DNA from: a virus
Taxonomy: Duplodnaviria; Caudoviricetes
Length of the DNA stretch: 64,000 nt
Direction: 5' to 3' (one strand)
Virus record (IMG/VR): IMGVR_UViG_3300021387_000141
Location: 26,191-90,190 of that record
The position numbers were made by a program, and so were the translations under genes. Shown here one piece after another: positions 1-9,714 of this stretch; the stretch's first letter is position 1, and the number at the start of each line of letters is the position of its first letter. The notes under the pieces were generated by a model. It was not told the DNA's origin. It saw only the letters and a program-made list of their open reading frames with translations, and ran no database searches.

Positions 1-113
1 TCACCCTTTCCGGGCTGACTTATTTGTGTGTCAGCTGTATCAAAGAACTTTATCAGCGCATAAGAAAACTGGAAGAACGGAACGAACCGACCGAAAAGAA
101 TGATGAGGCCTGA
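1..113 (+). CDS. 3' end of a hypothetical protein (partial)
   Basis: Open frame from base 3 (TLSGLTYLCVSCIKELYQRIRKLEE...DEA*) whose TGA overlaps the ATG at 113. Confidence 0.6.
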   Translation, partial: TLSGLTYLCVSCIKELYQRIRKLEERNEPTEKNDEA

Positions 114-3100
114 TGGATTTTTTAGAGATCACCGAATCTGAAACAAAAAAAGGTACGGAGATCTATCCAAGCTTCATTGTCAACAACAAAACAACTGATC
201 TGATGGTTCGCGGTAAAGATTTTTATGCCGTGTGGGTCGAAGAAAAAGGAATGTGGTCCACGGACGAACAGGACCTGATCGAACTGGTCGACAGCGAACT
301 GGACCAATATTACGAAGCAAACAAGGGCAAATGGGAACGGCGTCCGAAAATTCTTCATCTTCGCCGTGGAAACACAAAGATGATCGATGTTTTTCATCAT
401 TACTGCAAAGATCAGATGCGTGAAAACTTTCATCCGCTGGATGAAAAATTGATATTTGCAAACCAGAAAACGAAAAAGAAGGACTATGCCAGTAAAAGAT
501 TGAACTATCCTTTGGAAAAAGGTCCGATCACCGCATGGGACCATATCCTGTCCGTTTTATATTCTGATGAAGAACGTCATAAGATCGAATGGTCCATTGG
601 TTCGATCATCAGCGGAGATTCGAAAACGAATCAGAAGTTCGCGGTATTTTACGGACCCCCGGGTTCCGGTAAATCCACCATTCTGGACGTTATTGAGAAA
701 CTGTTCAAAGGATATTATTGTGTGTTCGATGCAAAATCGTTAGGCTCTTCCAACAGCCGTTTTGCATTGGAACCGTTCAAGATCAATCCGCTGGTCGCGA
801 TCCAGCATGACGGTGATCTATCCAAAATTGAAGATAACCATTTGCTGAATTCGATCGTTTCTCATGATGAAATCCAAATCGAAGAAAAATTCAAAAGCCA
901 ATACCCGATGCGCTTTAAATGTTTTCTCTTTATGGGGACAAACAAGCCGGTGCGGATCACAGATGCAAAGTCCGGTCTGCTGCGGCGTCTGATTGATATT
1001 TCCCCGAAAGGGAAAGAAAAAATTCCCCGAAAAGAGTACAACGCACTGATCAAAATGATCGACTTTGAACTTGGTGCGATCGCGTGGCACTGCAAACAGG
1101 TCTATCTGGAAGACCCGCAGTATTACGACGACTATGTACCTTTGAAGATGTTGAACGCGTCAAATGATTTCTTTAATTTTGTCGCGGACAACTATTTTGT
1201 ATTTAAAAATGAAGACGGAATTACCCGGAATGCCGCTTATGAAAAGTATAAGGCTTATTGTGATGAAGCCAAGGTGACCTATCCGCTTTCCAGGCGCGCT
1301 TTCGGGGAAGAACTGACAAACTATTTTGATAATTTTGCGGACCGTGTTGTTCTGGAAGACGGGACCCGTGTACGAAGCTGGTACAGCGGTTTCCGTTCTG
1401 ATAAATTTGAACAGCAATGGAAAAAGAAGGATGAACCGGCAGAAAAGGATCCGAAAGAAAGATCCTGGCTGGAATTCAACAGCAAAGTAAGCCTGTTGGA
1501 TGAAATGTTGAAAGATTGCCCTGCGCAATATGCAAACAGTGAAGGAACACCTCAGAAAGCATGGGACAGCTGTTTTACCAAACTTTCCGGGATCGATACG
1601 CATAAACTGCATTATGTGAAAGTTCCGCTGCAGCATATTGTTATTGACTTTGATATTCCGGATGAAAACGGAAATAAGTGCTTTGAAAAAAATCTGGAAG
1701 CAGCTTCAAAATGGCCACCGACTTATGCCGAACTCAGCAAAAGCGGAGCCGGGATCCACCTTCATTATATTTATCAGGGGGATCCGCTGGAACTGCGGAT
1801 GAATTATGATGACCACATTGAGATCAAGGTTTTTAATGGCGGCAGCAGCCTGCGAAGAATGCTGACACTGTGTAATACGATTGCCGTAGCCGTGATCAGT
1901 TCCGGTCTCCCCTTGAAGGAGAAAAAGAAAGTGGTAAATTTCAAGTCGTTCATCAACGACAAAGCGCTGATCAAAGCCATTGAACGAAACCTGAACAAAG
2001 AAAATGTGAACGGCACATACAACAGCGTCAATCTGATCTATAAGGATCTGGAACGGGCTTATGCGGACGGCCTCCGTTATGACGTGCGGAAAATGAAGGA
2101 CTCAATCCATGATTTCGCCGCCAATTCGACGCATCATGACAAAGAAGCGATCAAGCTGGTCAACAAAATGAAGCTCTGTTCGGATGATTTTCTGGAACCT
2201 GAACCGATCCCTGAAGAGCAACCACAGACGAACTTCCCATTGATATTTTTCGATGTGGAAGTTTTTATTAATCTGCTGCTGATCTGCTGGAAGTATCCGG
2301 GTCCGGATAAAAAAGTCATACGGATGTTCAACCCCAGTCCCGAAGAGGTCTACTCACTGATGACCAATTACCGGCTGGTCGGGTTCAACTGCCGCAGATA
2401 TGACAACCATATTCTGTATGCAAGAGCGCTCGGAAAAAACCTGAAACAGATCTATGAAGTTTCTCAGGGCATTATCAATAAAGATAAAAATGCATTTTTC
2501 CGGGAAGCGTATGATGTTTCCTATACGGATATTTATGACTTCAGCAGTGTGAAACAATCTCTGAAAAAATTTGAGATCGATCTCGGGATCCATCATAAGG
2601 AATTGCCGATCCCATGGGATCAGCCCTGTCCGGAGGAACGATGGAATGAAGTAGCGGAATATTGTGATAATGATGTGATCGCTACGGAAGCGGTGTTCAA
2701 CGCCCGTCAGGATGATTTTCTGGCAAGGGAAATTCTGGCAGACATTGCCGGAATGAACGTAAACACCACGACCAACACGCTGACCACGCGGATCATTTTC
2801 GGAACAGACCGCGCGCCGCAGAACCAGTTCAATTATCGGAACCTTGCGGAACCGGTCGGTGCGGATCAGTATCAGAAGTATCGTGAACTTTTTGGAGCGG
2901 ATTATGAATTTCGAGTATTTGACGAACGGGGATTGCCGCTGTACGAAACCTATCAGGGAGGACAGCTCTCGGCTGGATACTCTATCCTTCCGTTCTTCCC
3001 CGGATATGAATTCGATGCCGGCAAATCCACCTATCTTGGTGATGAGATCGGAGAAGGCGGACGTGTATATGCTGAACCCGGCATGTATGCAGATGTGGAT

Positions 3101-4132
3101 GCGGAAGACGTGACCTCCATGCACCCGCATTCGATCTGGGCGGAACGCTTGTTCGGTCCGAAATACAGCAAAAAGTTCTATGACCTGGTTGAGATCCGTG
3201 TAGCGATCAAAAAGGCGATCAAAACCGGAAATTATGACGATGCTTCCATGCTGATGGAAGGCAAGCTGACGAAATGGCTGACCAACGAAGACCAGGCAAA
3301 AGGCCTCGCGAACGCTTTGAAGATCGCGATCAACTCCGTATACGGTCTGACCAGCGCCCGGTTTGAAAACCCGTTCCGTGATATTCGGAACAAGGACAAC
3401 ATCGTTGCCAAACGCGGCGCTTTATTTATGACACTGCTGAAGCAGGAAGTCCAAAAGAGGGGTTTTCAGGTCTGCCATATTAAGACCGACTGTATCAAGA
3501 TCCCGAATGCCACCCCGGAGATCATTGATTTCGTAAGGACATTCGGTAAAGAATTCGGTTACAGTTTCGAATGTGAAGCGCTTTATGACCGGTTCTGTCT
3601 GGTTAACGACGCCGTTTATATTGCTCATGATAAAAACTGGCGCAAAGCGGTCGAAAAAGAAAAGGACCCGGTGAAAAAAGCAAAACTGGAACTGCTGAAA
3701 GGCTGGACCGCGACCGGGACCCAATTCCAGATCCCGTATGTGTTCAAAACCTTATTCACCCGGGAGCCGATCGAATTTGAAGATATGTGCGAAACCAAGC
3801 AGGTTACCACCTGTTTATATCTGGATAAAGATGAAAATCTTCCGGAAGGTGAGCATGATTATCAATTCGTCGGACGCGTCGGCCAGTTTTGTCCGGTGAA
3901 ATCCGGGCGGAACGGCGGACGGCTCGTTCGGGAAGCGACCGATAAAAACGGAAACGTCAAATACGATTCCGCCACCGGTGCGAAAGATTACCGCTGGATG
4001 GAATCGGAAGATATCCGTGACTTCGGAAACGCAGATTATTGGATCGACCGCGGATATTATGACCGTCTGGTGGATGAAGCAGTCAATGATATTTCACAGT
4101 ATGGCAATATCGATTGGTTCCGTGATGTGTAA
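113..4132 (+). CDS. Fused SF3-type helicase / primase / 3'-5' exonuclease / family B DNA polymerase
   Basis: Walker A GPPGSGKS; AEP-like IVIDFD...SKSGAGIHLHY; Exo motifs FFDVEVF, GFNCRRYDN, YCDNDV; PolB motifs DVTSMHP, KIAINSVYG, HIKTDCI. Confidence 0.85.
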   Translation: MDFLEITESETKKGTEIYPSFIVNNKTTDLMVRGKDFYAVWVEEKGMWSTDEQDLIELVDSELDQYYEANKGKWERRPKILHLRRGNTKMIDVFHHYCKDQMRENFHPLDEKLIFANQKTKKKDYASKRLNYPLEKGPITAWDHILSVLYSDEERHKIEWSIGSIISGDSKTNQKFAVFYGPPGSGKSTILDVIEKLFKGYYCVFDAKSLGSSNSRFALEPFKINPLVAIQHDGDLSKIEDNHLLNSIVSHDEIQIEEKFKSQYPMRFKCFLFMGTNKPVRITDAKSGLLRRLIDISPKGKEKIPRKEYNALIKMIDFELGAIAWHCKQVYLEDPQYYDDYVPLKMLNASNDFFNFVADNYFVFKNEDGITRNAAYEKYKAYCDEAKVTYPLSRRAFGEELTNYFDNFADRVVLEDGTRVRSWYSGFRSDKFEQQWKKKDEPAEKDPKERSWLEFNSKVSLLDEMLKDCPAQYANSEGTPQKAWDSCFTKLSGIDTHKLHYVKVPLQHIVIDFDIPDENGNKCFEKNLEAASKWPPTYAELSKSGAGIHLHYIYQGDPLELRMNYDDHIEIKVFNGGSSLRRMLTLCNTIAVAVISSGLPLKEKKKVVNFKSFINDKALIKAIERNLNKENVNGTYNSVNLIYKDLERAYADGLRYDVRKMKDSIHDFAANSTHHDKEAIKLVNKMKLCSDDFLEPEPIPEEQPQTNFPLIFFDVEVFINLLLICWKYPGPDKKVIRMFNPSPEEVYSLMTNYRLVGFNCRRYDNHILYARALGKNLKQIYEVSQGIINKDKNAFFREAYDVSYTDIYDFSSVKQSLKKFEIDLGIHHKELPIPWDQPCPEERWNEVAEYCDNDVIATEAVFNARQDDFLAREILADIAGMNVNTTTNTLTTRIIFGTDRAPQNQFNYRNLAEPVGADQYQKYRELFGADYEFRVFDERGLPLYETYQGGQLSAGYSILPFFPGYEFDAGKSTYLGDEIGEGGRVYAEPGMYADVDAEDVTSMHPHSIWAERLFGPKYSKKFYDLVEIRVAIKKAIKTGNYDDASMLMEGKLTKWLTNEDQAKGLANALKIAINSVYGLTSARFENPFRDIRNKDNIVAKRGALFMTLLKQEVQKRGFQVCHIKTDCIKIPNATPEIIDFVRTFGKEFGYSFECEALYDRFCLVNDAVYIAHDKNWRKAVEKEKDPVKKAKLELLKGWTATGTQFQIPYVFKTLFTREPIEFEDMCETKQVTTCLYLDKDENLPEGEHDYQFVGRVGQFCPVKSGRNGGRLVREATDKNGNVKYDSATGAKDYRWMESEDIRDFGNADYWIDRGYYDRLVDEAVNDISQYGNIDWFRDV

Positions 4133-4146
4133 AGGAGAAAGAAATT

Positions 4147-4416
4147 GTGAGAAAAATTGTATTGTTTTTATTGAATAAGATCGTAACGACTCTGACGGTC
4201 GTATGGACGGTCCTGGCATTCATTCCGCTGCTGCTCGGCGGATTCATGATTGATATTTTGCTTCGCATTATGGGGGTCGAAAAGATGTTCATGATGCTGA
4301 CGAACCTGGCAAACTGGTGCGAATTGGTCAGCATTTATCTGAAGACCCGTAAAAGTAAAAATAATTTAGAAAAAAATAATAATGAACCTTTAGGAGAAAA
4401 TAAAGAATATGTCTGA
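4147..4416 (+). CDS. Small membrane protein
   Basis: RBS AAGGAG before GTG; hydrophobic N-terminal half; overlaps next start. Confidence 0.6.
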   Translation: MRKIVLFLLNKIVTTLTVVWTVLAFIPLLLGGFMIDILLRIMGVEKMFMMLTNLANWCELVSIYLKTRKSKNNLEKNNNEPLGENKEYV

Positions 4417-4975
4417 TATGAGATTTATTGTCAATGATCATGGTAAAGAACAGTTGGTGATTGAAGATGCGGTTATCCGTTTTCATAATTATTCCGGTCT
4501 GCAGACTGAATTCAACAACCCGGGAAACCGGAATTTTGATGTGATCCTGCCGAACAATGATATGGCCGTTGAAATGGGTGAAAAAGGCTGGAATGTCAAG
4601 ATCCGCAAACCGCGCGATCCGGAAGAAGAGCCGTATTATACCCTGAACGTGAAGATCAACATGGACAGCAAATGGCCTCCGACGATCGAAGAAGTCTGCC
4701 GCAATAAGCATATTACTTATGATAAGGAAATGGTCGGCCAGTTTGATCCGAAACACCCGGACAAATACCTAGATAATAATAAGGGCATGGATGGTATTCC
4801 GATGACGGATATCGGCCTGGTCATCAACGGTTCCGAGTGGGATTCCAAATTTGGACATGGCATCAAGGCCTACCTGGACCAGTTCTATTTCCGCACGAAG
4901 CCTTCGATCTTCGGCAATAAATATGATGTCGAAGAAACCGCTGCACCCGTTGAAGAAGACGACATTCCGTTCTAA
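4409..4975 (+). CDS. Phage single-stranded DNA-binding protein
   Basis: Acidic tail EEDDIPF; beta-rich body (FHNYSG...GNRNFDVIL); follows the polymerase. Confidence 0.75.
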   Translation: MSDMRFIVNDHGKEQLVIEDAVIRFHNYSGLQTEFNNPGNRNFDVILPNNDMAVEMGEKGWNVKIRKPRDPEEEPYYTLNVKINMDSKWPPTIEEVCRNKHITYDKEMVGQFDPKHPDKYLDNNKGMDGIPMTDIGLVINGSEWDSKFGHGIKAYLDQFYFRTKPSIFGNKYDVEETAAPVEEDDIPF

Positions 4976-4989
4976 CGAACCGTAACACA

Positions 4990-5025
4990 AAGGAGCAGGA
5001 TTAATATTCTGCTCCTTCACTTTTT
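4990..5025 (+). terminator. Intrinsic terminator-like hairpin
   Basis: AAGGAGCAG/CTGCTCCTT stem followed by a T-run. Confidence 0.6.
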
Positions 5026-5039
5026 AAAAAGGAAATGAA

Positions 5040-5195
5040 ATGGCGCTGGTTCTATTGATATTTGCTTTGGAACTATTGCTCAGCGGGCTGATCTTCCGGG
5101 TTCTCGGCGAATTAACGCTCGGACTTCTCGGAGGCGTCCTGCTGCTTGACGGGGTCTTCCTGCTGCTCGGGGCGATCCTGGCATTGATATTTTAA
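5040..5195 (+). CDS. 51-aa hydrophobic peptide (not in ORF track)
   Basis: AAAGGA RBS; MALVLLIFALELLLSGLIFRVLGELTLGLLGGVLLLDGVFLLLGAILALIF*. Confidence 0.6.
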   Translation: MALVLLIFALELLLSGLIFRVLGELTLGLLGGVLLLDGVFLLLGAILALIF

Positions 5196-5207
5196 AGGCA
5201 GGGAAAC

Positions 5208-5651
5208 ATGTTCCTTACCAGTAACCATGAGCGCTGGATGGCTTATCTGAAACATAAAAAGACCGTCTATGAGCTCATGCATGAAGAATTAAATGAATTT
5301 ATGGAGAAAAAAATTATGGCAAAAAAAGTTGAAAAACAGGAAGGCGTTGAACTCGCTAATACATATATGCTGAAAAAAATCGCGGCGTTTCTGGCCGGCA
5401 AGAAATTCTATGGAAAAGAGCTGCCTGATGCGGAACAGATGAAAAAAGCGGCGTTTGATATTTCCAAACGCGGAAAGCTTTACAAGATGCTGGCTGCTGC
5501 CGGTATCCAAACGCACTTCGATCTTGCCATGGGTACAGAAAAGACCAACATCAATGAAGCCTCTTTCGGTATTTATGCAAAGATCATTCAGCAGTATCGT
5601 GCACAGGTGATCAAAAAGTCTTTTGCGCATCGTAAGGACGAATGCAAATGA
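5208..5651 (+). CDS. Hypothetical protein (start uncertain)
   Basis: Open frame coupled to next gene. Confidence 0.65.
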   Translation: MFLTSNHERWMAYLKHKKTVYELMHEELNEFMEKKIMAKKVEKQEGVELANTYMLKKIAAFLAGKKFYGKELPDAEQMKKAAFDISKRGKLYKMLAAAGIQTHFDLAMGTEKTNINEASFGIYAKIIQQYRAQVIKKSFAHRKDECK

Positions 5652-6325
5652 TAAGCATTTCCGATTGGTCTGTTTATGGCTGGCAGGAAGCGATCCGCGG
5701 AGCACGAAACAGCTGGCATTCACATGAAAGATGCGACAGCGAATTTGATACTCACGGTAATCTGCTGTCGCTGGGGAATAATGACTACAGCTTGCTGAAA
5801 ATGCTTTCGGAAGCCGGCGGCTCTCATGCAAAATACCGCAGAATGATCGCGGTTTACTGTGATATTACCGCACCGCTTTACTGGTGGAAGGAATTTGATA
5901 CCTATAAAGTCGGAACTGTGGCAAATTCCGAAAGCACGATGCACACCCTTCTGGATAAACCGCTTGATATTTCCCGGTTCAGTGTGGATCAACTTTTCAT
6001 CAAACCGTGGGAAGATAAAAATCAGACGAAATCTTCAATGGACACCATGACAGTGGTCATTAATCAGATGAATTTCTGGCGGGATCTTTATCTGGATGAA
6101 CCGGATCCAAAGGTTAAAAAAGATATTTGGTACCAGATCATCCAGCTGCTGCCTTCTTCTTTCAACCAGAAACGGACGGTCATGCTGAACTACGAAGTCC
6201 TGGCAAACATTTATAAAGACCGGAAGAACCATAAACTGGAAGAATGGCAGGAATTCTGTAAATGGATCAAATTCTTTATACCGTATTCTTATCTGATCAC
6301 CGGTGAAGAAACACATGGTATTTAA
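5642..6325 (+). CDS. Divergent ThyX-like (flavin-dependent thymidylate synthase-related) protein
   Basis: DITAPLYWWKEFDTYKVGTVANSESTMH, LLPSSFNQKRTV..NYEVL, H+LEEW pattern; sits beside dut/nrd genes; lacks RHR motif. Confidence 0.6.
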   Translation: MQMISISDWSVYGWQEAIRGARNSWHSHERCDSEFDTHGNLLSLGNNDYSLLKMLSEAGGSHAKYRRMIAVYCDITAPLYWWKEFDTYKVGTVANSESTMHTLLDKPLDISRFSVDQLFIKPWEDKNQTKSSMDTMTVVINQMNFWRDLYLDEPDPKVKKDIWYQIIQLLPSSFNQKRTVMLNYEVLANIYKDRKNHKLEEWQEFCKWIKFFIPYSYLITGEETHGI

Positions 6326-6346
6326 TTTGAAACGAAAGGGAAACAA

Positions 6347-6865
6347 ATGATTCGATTTTTCAGAGTAAGCGACGAACAGTTGAAACGCGATTGGGAAAAA
6401 TTGCACTGGCCGATGACCGACGAAAACAGTCTGGAAGATGCGGTCTTCCGGATGCCGACACGAGCCACGATGGACAGCGCCGGGTATGATATTTTCGCCC
6501 CGATCAACCTGCTGCTGCGGGCCGGAGAATCCATGACCATCCCTACCGGATGGAAAGTGGCTTTGCCGACCGGATCATTTTTGATGCTGGTCCCGCGGTC
6601 GGGGCTGGGGTTCAAATATCAGATCGGTCTGGCAAACACCGTCGGGATCATTGATGCTGATTATTATGATAATCCCGACAACGAAGGCCACATCATGGTG
6701 AAACTGGTCAACCGCGGAGATAAAGACTGCCGGATCTATGCCGGAAAAAACGCGATCTGCCAGGGGATCATTCTGGATTATTTGATCACAGATGATGATT
6801 TCCCCGGAAAAGATATTCGCGCCGGCGGATTCGGTTCGACGGATGTGATTAAGGAGAACTTATGA
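6347..6865 (+). CDS. dut: Trimeric dUTPase
   Basis: SAGYD, PRSG, GIIDADY, GGFGST motifs. Confidence 0.95.
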   Translation: MIRFFRVSDEQLKRDWEKLHWPMTDENSLEDAVFRMPTRATMDSAGYDIFAPINLLLRAGESMTIPTGWKVALPTGSFLMLVPRSGLGFKYQIGLANTVGIIDADYYDNPDNEGHIMVKLVNRGDKDCRIYAGKNAICQGIILDYLITDDDFPGKDIRAGGFGSTDVIKENL

Positions 6866-7128
6866 TCGTTTTATATTCAACCGGATGCCCGCTTTGTAAA
6901 ACTCTTGAAATGAAGTTAAACCAGGCGGGCGTCTCTTATACCAAAATTACGGATACCGAAGAGATGGAAAAGCTTGGTTTGCAATCTGTGCCGGTGCTTT
7001 CCGTGAATGGTGAACTGATGTATTTTTCAGATGCGATGAAATACGTATCCGGTAACCTTTCAGGAAGCATCCACATGGCTAACGAGGAGAACCGAATAAA
7101 TGAAGATCAACATCAAACTGGATCCTGA
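6862..7128 (+). CDS. Glutaredoxin/NrdH-like redoxin
   Basis: CPLC near N-terminus, SVPVL cis-Pro motif; adjacent to nrdD. Confidence 0.85.
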   Translation: MIVLYSTGCPLCKTLEMKLNQAGVSYTKITDTEEMEKLGLQSVPVLSVNGELMYFSDAMKYVSGNLSGSIHMANEENRINEDQHQTGS

Positions 7129-9019
7129 TTTTTCTTATGAATTTACAAAATTGAAAAGCATTTATGGTGAAGATCTGGCTGCGCTGAACGGACTTTCGGA
7201 CAGCCAACTGGATTACACCGATTTTATTGATAACTTTATTGATACCGAAACGGTGGCGGACGCTTCCGTGGATGCAAATGCCAACGTTTCCAACAAATCC
7301 GTAGTCACGCTGCTGAATGAAATGGCAAAACCGCATCAGAAGCTGCTGGCTTTCAATAAGATATTTTATGAAATGAAAAAGAAATATGGCCTCGAAACTG
7401 CCAGACACTGGCTGGAAACGGAATGGATCGGTGCGCTTTATATGCATGATGCGCATCATGCCTCTTACCTGCATTACTGCTGGGCATCCAGCCTGCAGGA
7501 CCTGGCGGAAAAAGGCCTGTACTTCATTGATAATTTCAATGCGGAACCCCCGAAACATTTGGGGACTTTTGTTGATTTTGTCAAGGAGTTCATCAGCTTC
7601 TGCGCAAACAGCTCCTCCGGTGCGGTCGGGCTCCCGGATCTGATCATCTATATGTATTATTTCTGGGATCGGGATATCCAAAAAGACTATTACACCGAAA
7701 CACCGGTGAAGTACGCTAAACAGCAGATCCAGCGGCTGATCTATGCTTTGAACCAGCCGTTCCTGCGCGGAAACATTCAATCCGCTTTTACCAATACTTC
7801 TATTTTTGACCATCCTTATCTGGAAGCGCTGTTCGGCGGGATGACTTTTCCGGATGGAAAGCTCATGTATGACGAGATCGAAGAGATCATGAATTTCCAG
7901 AAACTTTTTATGGAAACCATGCATGAAATTCGGGAAAAGAACATGATGACTTATCCGGTCAACACGATCAGTCTGCTGAAAGATGAAAACGGAAACTTTG
8001 TGGATGAGCCTTTTGCTGAATGGGCCTGCGAACAGAACATGAAGTGGTGCGACAGCAATTTCTTCATTGATGACTCGGTCACCAGCCTCAGTTCCTGCTG
8101 CCGGCTTTCCAACAACGTGAAAGACCTTTACATGAACTCGATCGGCGGCACCGCGCTGAAGGTCGGTTCGGAAAAGGTGAACACGATCAATCTGGCGATG
8201 ATCGCTTATGAATCCAAAGGTGAAAAGGACAAATACTTTGATATTCTGAAAGATCGTGTTGAGATCTGCCTGAAGGCTTTGGATGTCGTCCGTCATATCA
8301 TCCAGCGGAATATCGAAAAAGGGCTGATGAAGAACTTTGATAAAGGCATCGTGGAAATGGATAAACTGTATTCCACGATCGGGATCATCGGGATCTATGA
8401 AACACTGGAAAAATTCGGCTATGTAAAAAAAGACGATTTCGGCTACACCACCTATACGGAAGAAGGATTGACATTTGCCGAAGAGATCCTGAAGTTCATC
8501 CATAAAATGAAAGATGAATTTAAAAAGGATCAGGCCGTTGACTACATGATCAACATCGAAGCCGTCCCGGCGGAAAGCGCCGCGGCAAAGCTGATGCAGA
8601 AAAACAAGATTCTGTTCCCGGATGAAAAGTATGACCTTCCGCTTTACGCGAACCAGTGGATTCCGCTGGCGGTTCGCACTTCGATCCAGAACAAGATTGA
8701 TATTTCCGCACGGCTGGATGAAGCCTGTACCGGCGGGTCGATCTGCCATATTAATATTGACAGCCCATTCCAGAGCTTTGATATTGCCTGGGACCTGCTG
8801 CGGGATCTGGCGAAATCCGGCGTGAAGTATTTCGCTTTCTGCACCCGGATCAGCGCCTGTAAACACAACCATGGTTTTTACGGCGAAACCTGTCCGGTCT
8901 GCGGAGAAAAGAAAGTGACGACTTACCAGCGGATCGTCGGATTTCTGACACCCGTACGGAGCTACAGTGAGCCGCGTAAGGAGGAATTCTATATGCGGGA
9001 TTGGATGAAAGTCGAATGA
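7100..9019 (+). CDS. nrdD: Anaerobic (class III) ribonucleotide reductase, no ATP cone
   Basis: YMHD, SSCCRL, NSIGG, GGSICHI, CKHNH/CPVC Zn site, glycyl-radical loop RIVGFL. Confidence 0.92.
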   Translation: MKINIKLDPDFSYEFTKLKSIYGEDLAALNGLSDSQLDYTDFIDNFIDTETVADASVDANANVSNKSVVTLLNEMAKPHQKLLAFNKIFYEMKKKYGLETARHWLETEWIGALYMHDAHHASYLHYCWASSLQDLAEKGLYFIDNFNAEPPKHLGTFVDFVKEFISFCANSSSGAVGLPDLIIYMYYFWDRDIQKDYYTETPVKYAKQQIQRLIYALNQPFLRGNIQSAFTNTSIFDHPYLEALFGGMTFPDGKLMYDEIEEIMNFQKLFMETMHEIREKNMMTYPVNTISLLKDENGNFVDEPFAEWACEQNMKWCDSNFFIDDSVTSLSSCCRLSNNVKDLYMNSIGGTALKVGSEKVNTINLAMIAYESKGEKDKYFDILKDRVEICLKALDVVRHIIQRNIEKGLMKNFDKGIVEMDKLYSTIGIIGIYETLEKFGYVKKDDFGYTTYTEEGLTFAEEILKFIHKMKDEFKKDQAVDYMINIEAVPAESAAAKLMQKNKILFPDEKYDLPLYANQWIPLAVRTSIQNKIDISARLDEACTGGSICHINIDSPFQSFDIAWDLLRDLAKSGVKYFAFCTRISACKHNHGFYGETCPVCGEKKVTTYQRIVGFLTPVRSYSEPRKEEFYMRDWMKVE

Positions 9020-9204
9020 GCCTGGATAAAGCGATCGAGCATAAAAAGGAACATCGGAAGCCTTACCGCGGTGCCAAAGCCATCGACAGCACCTGCCGGA
9101 ATCACGGGTCCTGTCCCTGGTGCCGCAGCAACCGGCTGCATAAATTCAGGAAAAAAGAGCCAGAGGATGAGATTGATATTTCTGAAACGGAGGAAGAGCG
9201 TTGA
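9016..9204 (+). CDS. Small basic Cys/His protein
   Basis: MSLDKAIEHKKEHRKPY...CRNHGSCPWCRSNRLHK; overlaps nrdD stop. Confidence 0.75.
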   Translation: MSLDKAIEHKKEHRKPYRGAKAIDSTCRNHGSCPWCRSNRLHKFRKKEPEDEIDISETEEER

Positions 9205-9449
9205 AAAATTTACCGCTTACATGGGAAGAAATCCAAGAAATGAATAACTGTCCGGTCTGGATCAAGATCGGCTATAGTGGTTTTTGGGCGGTCATTGAAG
9301 CTCATTCGTATAACAACTTCATGTATGATTGCATTGATTTTTATACCAATCCGAAATTATTCGACAAACGCGGTTTGACGGCCAGCGTTCTTCATCGATT
9401 CCAGATGGGTGAATTTTGGGAAGCTTATCGGGACGATCCTCATGGATAG
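9201..9449 (+). CDS. Hypothetical protein with PLTWEEIQ..CPVW motif
   Basis: RBS GGAAGAG with TTG start; motif shared with 20966-21433. Confidence 0.65.
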   Translation: MKNLPLTWEEIQEMNNCPVWIKIGYSGFWAVIEAHSYNNFMYDCIDFYTNPKLFDKRGLTASVLHRFQMGEFWEAYRDDPHG

Positions 9450-9714
9450 TTATATGCTTAGATTAATGTATGCTGACAAAAGCTATCGGGATTACGGCAT
9501 GATATTTGAAGAATCCGTCAGTACTGCGGAATCTCAGCATTTTGTTGAACAGTTTTTAGAAGGAAATGACTTCAAAAAATGCTCGGAAAACTTATGGATA
9601 AATCAAAATACCGGAACTCAGGTTTTTGTCATGTATAAAAAAATTGAGAAAGAGGAAATAAATGGAAAAAATGATTCACTGCCGTCTGGAAGCGCCGACG
9701 GAAATATTGAATAA
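9442..9714 (+). CDS. Hypothetical protein
   Basis: Open frame overlapping neighbours; start moved to ATG 9442. Confidence 0.55.
   Translation: MDSYMLRLMYADKSYRDYGMIFEESVSTAESQHFVEQFLEGNDFKKCSENLWINQNTGTQVFVMYKKIEKEEINGKNDSLPSGSADGNIE

Noticed and set aside
7079-8872. 597-aa minus-strand ORF
   Set aside because: Antisense shadow of nrdD; no RBS or recognisable motif
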